41,937 bases of DNA from Vicugna vicugna (lineage: Eukaryota), in NCBI GenBank assembly GCA_013265495.1, contig MU058824.1:5736976-5778912 (forward strand). Reading direction: 5' to 3'. Each line of letters starts with the position of its first letter. The first letter of the stretch is position 1. A program made the position numbers and the translations under genes. The notes under the pieces were generated by a model. The model was not told the DNA's origin. It saw nothing but the letters and a program-made list of their open reading frames with translations, and searched no databases. Below, piece after piece: positions 1 through 11,545 of the stretch.

Positions 1-109
1 GGAGAGAGAACAAGAGAATTTACATTAACTGTATCCATGCAGTGAACCTGCCAATGTGGTTGGTATTATGTAATTATTTTGTTTAAGATTTACTTGTCCC
101 TCACACTTG

Positions 110-315
110 AGCTCAGAGAGCACCTCCTCTGCAAAGCCTTCTCTGATTCCTCCTTTCTATGTTTTCATAATATCTTTTACAGACCTTTTGGGGGACTGAT
201 CACCTCACATATAATTAATGTTTACCTGCCCACTTTCCCCACCTGATTGCAAGCTTCTTTACAGCACCTGGTGTCTAACTTGACTCTCCTGTGTGCTGAA
301 TGAATTAATGAATGT
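110..315 (+). mobile_element. L2 LINE 3' end relic
   Basis: cacctcctctgcaaagccttctctgatt ... ttgcaagcttc ... tgctgaatgaattaatgaatg, with the typical L2 (TGAA)n-like tail. Confidence 0.7.
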
Positions 316-3300
316 TAGCCTTTCATTAGTACATCCTGAGTGGCTGTAAATTAAGAGGATGGATCATGTTATCAAGTGGAATTCCCCTAGCAAAGCCTCA
401 GATGATCACAATTTTCAAATATGTGGTTTCATTCATGTATTAATTTAATGCTCTCATGAAAATCGTGACATATTATGATACTGTAATTTGTCCAAAATGA
501 TATGTTAACTTTTAAAAATAACTGAACATTGTTTATGCCTTCATTTAGTTTAATTGTTACATATTTATTTAGTTCAAAATTGGGCTCCAGATCCAATATT
601 GTATAGTTTTTCCCTTTGAGCAAGCATCTAATGAGACAAAGAAAAAGATTTTTGAAAGTTTAGCCATTTCAGCATAAGATCAGTTACCTGGAAAAGAACA
701 ATTGTATGTGCGTGTTCAAATTGGCACATTCCATTTTGTCAAATGATTGGTTTCCACTGTGTATCCATCATTACAGTATTTATTGGTGGAAAACAGCTAG
801 GTGATTGAAATCGCAGGTCTTGAAGAATGTGCAAAGCAAACAAGCAAACAAACCTAAATACACGGTGTTCTGTTAAGTGAAAAATTTCATAACCTATTAA
901 GAGTGCTGCTTTTTAGTTTTGTAAGAAGCTGACTTTGCCACTTGGGACACACACAGCTTCTACCTAACGTGGTCCCCCAATTGTGTCCAGATCTTTGTAG
1001 CAAAACCTGGGTACTTGGTAATACAATTGTCTCCATGTGGATGAAGATATCATCTGGCAAGAGGTGGAGTTTGGGGAAGTAACTTGTAGAAATTAACTCT
1101 TAATTTTCGTCAGATAGACTCTCCTACTCAGTGCAATAGGAGATCAGTGGCTTTAAGGGGTCCCAAGACTGGACCAGACTGTATCTCCCTGACTCTGAAA
1201 GCCTGTCCTGTTTTAATGTCTGTTCCTGGAATCTTCAGGCAGATTTAAGTCTTTAGAGTTGGGGTTATCAAATGATTTTCCACGTAAGCATTGATAAACC
1301 GGGCACCAGTTGCTCTCCACCTGATGGAATATGTCCGCGGCAGTTTTGTGTGTCCTCTGGGAATTATGTCTCTCCCAAGGAAAAGATTCTTAGGTAATGT
1401 TATCTGTGAAAACTTCATAGAGGCTTTTGAGTCAGAGTTTTTACCATAGCACTAATTTAATCTATTTACATTTTATACCCTAGTCACTTCTAAAAAATAC
1501 CTGAGACTCTCATGCCAGCAAAAATCTTATTTTACACAAAGGAAAAAAAAATTAAAATTCTACCAACATTTTAAAAATGCCCTTGATTCAGTTTTCATCG
1601 CACCTTACCCTGAAGGCAGAGCTGTAAAACATACACTTAGAAAACATTAGGATTTTCTGACGTGGGGGACAGGCTTGCTTATCATGATGCCCAGCCATTG
1701 GAGAGTCCAGAGGATCCAAACTGGTTCAAATGAAGTTCAAACTTTAAAAATAAAGAAATAAAGATAGACCCAACATCTGCTTTTCTTCATCCTTTCCTTC
1801 CCCCAGTTCTTTTGTTTCACAGCCTAATCGTGGTTTGAAAAAATAAATACTTGCAGGCTCGATCTTATCTACAGTAATAGCTGATCTTGAAATAATAGTG
1901 AATTTCTGGAGGCTGTGTTCTCCTCTGTTGAGGAGACCTCTTGGCTTCTGAAAAGAGCCAAGGGTAGGTAGGTGTAGTTTGACCTGTTGGGGACACTGGG
2001 CATTAAGTCAAATGAAAATGTTGAACACTTAAGCAAAATCATAAGCAAATCCATTCTCTTCACATCGGTCCAACAGCAACTATGTTTCTATCACTGCTTC
2101 ATAGTGAACTAGACCTGTGTGGCTGTAATAGGCCCACGCATCTGTTTAACATCAACAAAAAACAAACAGAAGTGCTGTCTCTTTCAGTTTCAAATAGATA
2201 AAGACAGTTAATCCAGAAATGGCAAGCTCCTAAGTCCTGTCTTGTGAGGAGAGATCCTGAAGGAGTCTCTTTCTCCAGGAGCAGCTGGGATGACTTTGAA
2301 GTAGGAACGCCACCCCACCCTTACCCACTCACCCATGTCCGTTTATTTTGGACATGCTACAGTAAATCCTCCTGGAGACATGAGCTGCTCATGTTTCATG
2401 GAGGAGCAAACACAGCTTCCGTTTGTTTGGTGATATTCCTCCTGACCGCTGACCCTGGGATTTGCACTGCCCTTCACAAGAAAGGGGCTCTGTGGGGTGA
2501 ACTGCTTGTGTTTACCAGCATGTGGCAATGCTTGTTTCTGACCAGAAACCCACTCTGTTTGGATAGCAGGGCTTCTCTGGAGTAAACCTGACCACAGGCA
2601 GTGGAGTGTGCAGCTCTGAATCTCCAGGACCTCGGAAGGGACAAATGAGGTGGCCTCCTGAGTGGGGGGGCCTCCTGGGACATTCCTGGGAAACTGTGGT
2701 GATTCACACAGCGTCCCAAGCTTGTTGCAGGAATGCCTGGAACATTGGGAAGAATATCTTTATCTGTAATATGCTGAATTATAAAGTAAGAAGTGGTGAT
2801 GGCAGCTAAACCTGTTCTCTCTTAGTCTCCACTGCAGAGCAACTGCTCTGCCTTCTGAGTGTGTAAGGTTAAGATGCCCAGTGCTTCCTGCTTGCACAGT
2901 GGACACCATGGGCTTCATTTTCTGGGAGACTCTGGAGAGTCACTTGGTTTCCAGGATAAGCCTATCTCCCTGCCTACAAGTCAAGACCATCAGCTGGGTG
3001 ATGTGAGCGTGCCTGAAGGCACAACAGCTCCTGTTTATATTCCCCACCCCTTCGCACTTGGATCACCTTAAGTCCAAACCTCATTAAAAGTAAGAAACCA
3101 AGGGAAATAGCAGGACAATGGATAATAGCTGTTAATATACGAATAGGCTGTCTTATTATGGCGTGTAATATGGAGAGAAAGTTAAATGATAACACTAAAT
3201 AAAACAGCAGGGTAGAGGGAAAACCTGAAGAAGCTATTGTTTTGCAATGAATTTTAGAACCAGGACACTGTTAATGTAAATACTGAATAGAATCGAATTC

Positions 3301-4820
3301 CATTCTCCAGGCTGGAATGTAAAATTCCAGGGTCTGAAGAGCACATGGAAATCTACCTTTAAGTTTCTTACTCTGTCCAGGTAAGCCCTTATTATGTGAA
3401 TGGTATGTTAATACGGTACCCACACATCAGGTATAGAAAGCTAGGATGTAGAAGGAAAATAAGCCCGAATTAAGTCCCTCAGTATGACGGTAGGTTAATA
3501 CCATACCCTCAAATCACGTATAGCAAGCTAAGAGTGAGAGAAAAATAGCCTGAATGAAGCCACATCAATATGGAGACCCTTTCATTGCTATCTCTGTATT
3601 TATGTATTGTATGTCTAAAAATGCAGTAGGAAATACCATACATTTTTCATATGCTTCAGAGATTGCTACAGCCAAAGCTCTACCTGAAGCAAAATAAGCA
3701 AACATTCTAATTTCCTATTTTTCTCAGCTCAATCAAATACAGTAGTTATTTCAGTCGCCTCCGAGAAGGAGGGCAGATATATTTGCCTTATGCCTGTGGA
3801 TCCGTTGCCAAGCACACCATCTTGCTGTTGACACAAGAGCCAGCTTTGCCTGGCAGCACAGACATCAAAGCCCCCTCATGGAAAGAGAGCCCCAAATCTG
3901 AAAAAGGCCTTTTAGAATTCCCAACCATTTCATTATGGCATTAAGGTGCATTAATTACTTCATAGCCATGTGGATATAGGGTTATATTCATTGACTTACG
4001 TTGACAACTTCCTTTTTGCTAAAGCTAGTTAGGAAAAAGCACTTCAAATGGGTTTCTAATGATCTCATAAACACTGTTTCTTCTGATTGCTAAGTAGCTT
4101 CCTTTCCTTTCTTCTCTTTTTAATTCTCAGCTTCCAGTTCCTCTTCATTATGGTTGTGAACAGCTGAACCTAGGCTCTGAAGTGCTATTTTCCCAATCTT
4201 CTCAGAAACAAGATGACTTTATCAGTGATTATGGACGGAACGATGAATTGTCACTGAGCTAGATGGAGCCAGAGATGACTTGGATTCCAAGTAAAATTGA
4301 AGCATTTCTTTTTGCATCAATGGCAGGAAACTTTCTTAAACATGTGGATAGTGCCATGTCCCAAAATTACTCAAAAACTTCAAGTTTTTCATTTAATGAA
4401 TATCTGTTATAAACCAGAAAGAAACTCAGAAGCTATACCTGCTTTGAGAAAGACATGTATTTGAAAGCCAATAAACCTGCTATTTTAAATTTTCTAATGC
4501 TAAATAGAACTGATAACATTGATAATCCAACTAATTGGGCAGAAATCTGCTGTTAAAAATTCTTTTGATGACGTGGGGCCAGTGTACTATTTGAATGGAA
4601 CAGCAGATGAGTTTGTGGCCATGTAATAACACGGCTTCCGAGCACTGCTACATCTAAACTATCACCAAATGCTAAGAGAAATAAAGGCCCAAACAATCAA
4701 GTACTGCCTATCCCTTACAATTTTTAGCTCTGAATCAATTCAGGCAGAGAAGATGCCCTCAATTAGAGGTCTGTTCACCAAACTAAATTAGTAGGATGGT
4801 AAGAGCTAAAAAGCATGATG

Positions 4821-4995
4821 GGGGAGGGTATAGCTCACAGGTAGAGTCCAGCTTAGTGGTAGAGCCTGTGCTTAGCATGCATGAAGTCCTGGGTTCAATT
4901 CCTGGTACCTCCATTAAAAGTAAATAAATAAAACAAACAAACCTAATTACCCCCCCAATAAAAAAATAAATAAAAAGATAAAAAAATAATAAAAG
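4821..4995 (+). mobile_element. tRNA-derived SINE, camelid Vic-1 type
   Basis: ggggagggtatagctca...gtggtagag (A box), gcttagcatgcatgaagtcctgggttcaattcc (B box), then aaataaa...acctaattacccccc and an A-rich tail; closely similar to the minus-strand copy at 25204-25351. Confidence 0.9.
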
Positions 4996-5490
4996 ACATC
5001 AAAAAAAATTGTGGCCAGTTTAAGATCCCTATTTTTTATTTAACTCTTCTTTGCAAATACAACTAAAAATGCAATTAGTGTAAAGATGGCATCCATTTCA
5101 TTAAACGTGTTTCCCATGTATCTTTGTAAGAGGCTATTTTTCTAAAACTATACACCTTCTGCCAATTCTCTATGATATTTACACAGACTCTACTGAGGAT
5201 TAAATGTTTTCCAAGAATTTAGCATTTCCTGTTGGAGTTTTAGACAATCCCTGTGAACAGCTGTGGACAGAAACCCAGCTACTACTGTCATGAATGACCT
5301 CCAGTGTTTGGAACCTAAAGAGCAAACAAACATTTGCTTCACCAAGAAACACAGTCCTGGGCAGAACGTGAACTTTGCCATGTTTCACCATCTCATAACA
5401 ATTTACTGGAAATTAATTTGGTAGTCACCCAACTACTAAGCTGTTCTAGATAATATATTTATAATCCAACCAGCACTTCCAGGACTTAAA

Positions 5491-5536
5491 ACACATGCGT
5501 GCGCGCGCGCACCCACACACCCACACACACACACGT
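5491..5536. repeat. (GC)n/(CA)n alternating purine-pyrimidine microsatellite
   Basis: acacatgcgtgcgcgcgcgcacccacacacccacacacacacacgt. Confidence 0.9.
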
Positions 5537-6759
5537 AAAATACCATTGGATGTTAATAAAACAGGGGAGAGATAAGTTTAAATTTAAAATTATATACTTC
5601 ATTTTTCCCCCCTGAATGTTTGTTTTACCTTTCAGGTCACTGGTTTCCATAAATTCCCTGTGTCTTAGCAATATAAAAGATATTTTTAAACACAGCTCTT
5701 ATACTGGAGTGTACATTAAATATTTGTTCAGCTGATTAAAACAGTTCTACATTTATTTAATGTTTGAACAGTAAACAGTTTATTGAAAACTAAAATGTCT
5801 TTTTATACATACACGTACACTCACACAGACACACCTCTCACAAGAGGGGCTTCTGTTATGAGGTTTTTCAACTTACACTACTAAGTATAAACAGCTCTGG
5901 GATAAACCCCGCTTTCAGACACAATTATCTTCCAAGGATGGATGGGGCTTCTGGCAGGGGCTGGTCTAAGTCGAGGGTGGGCAGCCACATTGAGTGGGGG
6001 CAGGGGCAGTAGTAACATGGCAGTGAGTGGCTTCAAACCAGAAGAGGAGTTTCATGCTGACAGAAACATTTATCTTAGGGGGAAAAATTACACTCTCTCA
6101 GATATTAAAGACAGCTCAGACACACCTCAGTGGTAGCCTTCTCTGCCCTTTACCCTGGTTTGTTAAAACAGAAGATATTCTGGCCTCTGATAAACTGGAA
6201 AAGGTTGAGATTACTTTGAAGAATGACAAACAAATGGAAGATAAACCTTGTAGCCCTGTCTTTGCTTTGTCATCTTACGGAGCCTGAGTGAACCAGAAAG
6301 GAAATAGTCACACTGTTTATGTTAGCTTCTGCAATCACCCCTCACAAAGAGATTGTATATATTACCCTATTAATTCTCACCATATCTCTGGTTGAGAAGG
6401 TGAGTGTATACACTCAGTACATTCTGTTATCAGACACGGTGCTGTGTGGTTTACTGGTTAAATAAGAAGTCTAGTTGCTTTTACCACCTATAACTGCCAA
6501 CATTGAGGGTTAGAATGTAATGTTTTAAAATTACTTAAAAGTATCAACTATATTTAGCATAATTTAATCTTCTCTGGTTACTGAGTATTTTAATATCATG
6601 TAATACTTCAGATTGTGCATTCCAATTAATATTACTGTAACATCCATTTGTAAATTTACAATTAAATGAGTCTCTTCTTTTAGAAGTAGACAAATGTGTT
6701 TCAGGACAATCATTGATTTATTATGTGATAGGATATTTTAAAAAATTATAATTGAGCTA

Positions 6760-7310
6760 GAAGCCCATTAATGGAGAAATGGTTAAAGTATGAGGCAAAA
6801 AATAAAGTGTGGAATATTACATAGTGCTTAAAAGGAATGAATCTGGGGGTGGGAAGGGATAAATTGGGAGTTTGATATTTGCAAATGCTAACTACCACAT
6901 ATAAAATAGATTAAAAAAAACAAATTTCTTCTGCATAGCACAGGGAACTATTTATCTTGTAGTAACCTATAATGAAAAAGAATATGAACATGAATATATG
7001 TATATAGATGTATGACTGAAACATGCTGTACAGCAGAAATTGACACACTGTAAGCTGACTATACTTCAATTTAAAAAATTCTTAAAAAAGGAATGATGTG
7101 AATCTATGTGTACTGACATAAAGGCATGTCTAAGACAATTTTAATTTAAAAAAAAAGCAAGTTGTAAAAGACCATTTCTGGTAAATGCCACTTTTGTTAA
7201 AACAAAGACACATATCCGTACATTTACATGCTCATAGAGGCATGGGGAAATTCTGGAAAGATAAGCAAGAAACTGTAAACAATGGCTACCTACAGACAGT
7301 GAACATGTGG
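6760..7310 (+). mobile_element. Ancient L1ME-like 3' fragment, interrupted by a younger L1
   Basis: ccattaatggagaaatggtt...ggaatattacatagtgcttaaaaggaatga // tctatgtgtactgacat...aaaaaaagcaagttgtaaaa...ctggaaagata...aacaatggctacct resembles old L1M 3' ends. Confidence 0.6.
6841..7085 (+). mobile_element. 5'-truncated cetartiodactyl/camelid L1 3'UTR with TSD
   Basis: gggaagggataaattgggagtttg...tagcacagggaacta...gactatacttcaatttaaaaa; TSD AAAAGGAATGA at 6830-6840 and 7086-7096. Confidence 0.88.
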
Positions 7311-10300
7311 CAGAATAGGCCTTTACCTCTTTGCTTTATGCTATCTGGGCTATTGGGATTTGTGATTTACAACTTGTAAAATTATAAAACTATACAAATA
7401 TATAATTAAATTTACATTTTTATAAATAAAAACTAGTTTAAAAGTAATGTTAATTAACAAGTTAACTTTCAAGAAGGCCATTTTTACATGAGTACAAAGT
7501 GACAATATATAGATGACCAATGTGTACATATAGGTTGTTAAGACTGACAGCCTGTGGGAATGCTAAATTTAGATTTTCGTTCCTTTGGAGTTCTCTTAAA
7601 ATTTTTATAGAGAAATGTTTACGATTTGGCTTCCTTCTTTTCACTCTAAATGAATGTAAGTAACTTTTTATCAAGCAGCCTTAACTCTGTGGCGATAATA
7701 ACTTGAACACTTTAATTTTCCAACCACTACTTAACCAGGTTCTATCCAAATGCCCTGAACATCCCTTAACAACATTTTGAGAATACTGGTAACTTTCCAG
7801 GCCCTTTCATCTAAGTCCAGCTTATAATTCTCCTCTTATATTTCAATTTCATCTTATTTCCTCCCCTAAACTTAATGCTACTTCTACCACTTAACATAGC
7901 CCTAATTTGAACTTGAACCTGCACTTCCCCTATGGAGACCTGATTCCTATAATGAGGAAGTATAGAAGGAGTGTGAGGAGAGAAAGAATAACCACTTCTT
8001 GACTCAACCATCCATGACTGTGGCCCTTTCCCTGTGGGTTCCTGCTTCTCTGGCCATCACCAGCTGGTTATGGAAGGCCTCAGTATGCAGTCACCCAAAC
8101 ACGTAAGGTACATGAGTGAGTTCTTGCAGAGCTCTTTGGGCCTCCTCACTGCAGCTCCCTACTGGAGTTGGGGATCCAACTCCACCTCCATGTCTTCCTC
8201 TACCTTCCACCCACCAACAAGCTCCTGTTATTGACAGTACTTCCCCTGCTTGCTTCTGGGGTTCCATTGCCTGGCTGTCAGACTTCTTGCCTAGCAAGAT
8301 GGCCCCAGTGCAAATACCCTCTCAGTGCCCACTAAACCCAGAGGAAATCCAGGCCCCCTTGCAAATCCCAACAGTGAGAAGCCAGGCTACTCCTCTACTT
8401 TCTCTTCTCTTCATCCTGCCCCTTTTTTATTCAGGTTTCTCGAGTTCACTGAAATAAGGGGCAGAGCATCAAGTCCACTATCTGAGCCATGTCCAAAAGG
8501 AGAATGATGTATGGGGTCTCGTCCTTGTAAGTGCCCCCTATTTGGTACAAGTGCTTTCTTGGAGGACCCCTCACACTTGGCTTTAAGAAAGCACAGAAAA
8601 CTTCTTAACACAAAACATTGTAGGACAGCAAGGCTGTCGCTACCAATCAGATTCTCAGTATTTTCTCTTTCCGCTCCTCCTCCAGCCTTCTGCATACATT
8701 GTATGTAGGAAAACAGAAGCTGGAATAAAGGATGGGGTTTTAGCACCCAGCATTTTTAAGCTGACTCTTAGTAAGCCCCAACCCCTAATTGTTGGTGGCT
8801 CTCTTTAAAATGTGGGGTTGTTGATGTCTTTGTCTTCAGCTTTGGACTCCAGATGTTCACAGGGGAATTGAAAAGTACAATTCAACATGCTTTTGCATTC
8901 ATTGACAACAAGACACTTCAAAATCAAGACAGTGGTCAAGATTTAAATATCTAAACACGACTAGCAGGTGACAGGAAGAGTCATGCTTTTGGTGCCTCAC
9001 ATTGTTCACATCCATGAAGTGTGTAAATGGAAAGCTCAGAGGCAGAGGAACTTCTACAGCTCTTTATTCGGTGGGCACTACTGCTACACTAGCCTCTGGG
9101 CATGCTGCCGGGGTTGGAGATGAGTAGGAGGGATACAGAGAAGCTATCTTGTCCTTGGGGAGTTTGGTATCAAGTCTCCCATTCTCCACAGTGTGCTGGT
9201 TGGTGAAAAGACTGCTGAAGAAAGACATTAGACCAGTCATTTTCAAATGTGTTTGGTACAACCTAAACCTTCACAGAAGTGACTCAAGTATCCCTGCAAA
9301 ATGGCAAGGAGGGCAAGGGGGACCTGGGGAGGCAGAGAAAAGAGGACTCCACTCCTGTTTAAACACAACAGCTCTGCTTTTGCCAGTTTTACATAATCGA
9401 TTTCCATCTACAATTCCATTTTCTGAAAGGATTTGCAGGTTTAATAATGTGAATATGACCGCATTATGAAATAAATAGGCATGAGATGCATAGCAATGGG
9501 CATATGCACAGATGGATTAGGTGGGTGCCGAGCAGAGCTACCATGTTTGGGAATAATGAGATGACGGTAAGAACTGGGGCAGTGGGGTGGGAGGTGGGAG
9601 TAGGGTGGGGGTTTGGGAGTAAATTGAGAAAAAGTTGATTGAATGACTTGAGGGATATTGATTTGAAGGCTTGTATCGTTGAGGATTTTGAACAAGATGG
9701 GAAAAGTTATGTTCAAGGAAGATTATTCTAGCTCTGTGTCTGAATGCATATGCCTGTATGTGTGTACACAAGCACACAGGCCCAGGTGGTGACTCAGTCT
9801 ATCATCTTCCCATTAAAGCAGATGTTGATGGTAAAAATCAGGAAATGGAACTAGTAGGTCTAACTTCCACTCTGTTCACCTTTCACTTGAGTAGAGTTCC
9901 TTACCAAGGAGTAGGAATCCTGTCCCTGAGTGATGTCTTTTGGAACAGGATACCTCACTTTTCAGAACTCCTTCACTATGTCTGGGACAAGGGCTCATTC
10001 CGTCTTCTGGAGTGGCAGGTCCCCTCCTCCAACTCCGCCCCTTAGAAAGAAGACTACCTCATAAAAACAGGAAGTCTTTTCAGGCTATAACCAAAATGAG
10101 CTGCTTAAAGTAATCTCAGTGCTGCCAAATGTTCAGCAAAGCCTTGACAGTGTTTAGGAGAAACCTCGCTGAATCCCTCAAGTAATGAGTTGAAAACCAC
10201 AGGATGCTGCGAGCTTCACCACGGGGAGCCTTCTGACACTTTTTAGCAGATGGCAGTGTATAAACTTCTTTTATGTGTAACGCTTCTCTAAATTAAAGAT

Positions 10301-11123
10301 GATTTTTCAAAAACAATTCTCTTAGAGAGAGATAGAGTGAAGGAAAAACCTCACACATACTCAGTGGTAGACGGCCTCCTATTTACATAAGCCACAAGGA
10401 AATTAAAAGTCATAGTACTATGGTATGTTTTTTACAAGTCCTATGAATGTTAAATACTGAGAAAAATTAAGTTTTCACATTCCACTGAGGTGAGACTCCT
10501 CTGAGGCCTGAAGACCTAGTAAGGTAGAATTTTAACACCATCTTATACATAAAAACTATGAAATGGCCATCACCTAATATGATCTGTAAGTAAAATAGCT
10601 CAAGTATGTACTTATTTTTGTTAAATTACATGCACTTTTTGCCCATGCTCAGAATTTGAAATAATGAGAAGATTTTGCTGAGGAATTTAGCTTTAGCAAT
10701 TAATCCAAAAGCTCAAACTGAGCCTAATTTATGGGTACCCAAGGGCTGACTAACAACTAATTCTTATAATGGCTAATTCCATCACAACCAGAAGTTTCAT
10801 ACAAAATGGTGACATTTTTCAAATGGTTGTTCCACTGATTCAACCAGTTTGACTGACAGTTTGGTGTTCAGATTCAGTACAGCCTTTGCTATTGAGATTC
10901 TATCTTGCTTTTATTTTTATCTTTTGAGGGCTCATAGATCAACAAATAAGTATATGTCATTGTCTTCTGGAAGGTGCTCAGTCCCACCGCTTGACCACTG
11001 TGGTTCTTTGGTCTCCTCCCTGGCATTTTAAAACATGATGCCTATTTCCTACTGCTTCACCAGGATAATATGAGGAGACTGTGGCTTTCAAGAGCCAAAT
11101 GTAAGTTAGCTCAAAATCTCCAC

Positions 11124-11300
11124 CATTCATCTATTAAACAAAAGTAGTTAGTGCAAGGCATTGTCCTAGAGTCTCTGGAGAAGACAAAGGTGCAGAAGAC
11201 CTGATGCCCAGTCTAGGTGAACTATGAGTCTAATGTGGGAGCCTTAGGTGGATGGAGAGCTATATATAGAAATTAGGAAGGAAGCCATAGGTGCTTTGAT
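11124..11300 (-). mobile_element. L2 3' fragment
   Basis: cattcatctattaaacaaa...gtgcaaggcattgtcctag...agtctaatgtgggag; L2-like sequence probably resumes near 11630-11810. Confidence 0.6.
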
Positions 11301-11302
11301 GC

Positions 11303-11545
11303 AATAACAACAGTCCACATTTACTGCATATTCTCTATAGACCAGACACTTGGCTAAATGCTTTATATGTATTATCTCATTTGATTTTATCAACAACAAC
11401 ATGAGATTGGTATTATCTTTCTCATTTTTACAGAAGAGGAAACCAAGGCTTAGACAGATTAAGGAATTTTCCAGGTGTCACACAACAGTAATAGTCAGAG
11501 GTAGAACAAGACTTAAAGGCCAGATCTTTACGTCTTAAAAGTCTC
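11303..11545 (-). mobile_element. MIR SINE
   Basis: cacatttactg...aaatgctttatatgtattatctcatttgat...cattttacagaagaggaaaccaaggcttagacagattaag...tcacacaacagtaa (MIR core). Confidence 0.88.

Noticed and set aside
4821..4912. tRNA gene call for the A/B-box sequence (also 25275-25345)
   Set aside because: Followed by a SINE body and A-rich tail, and the second copy has a TSD; these are SINEs
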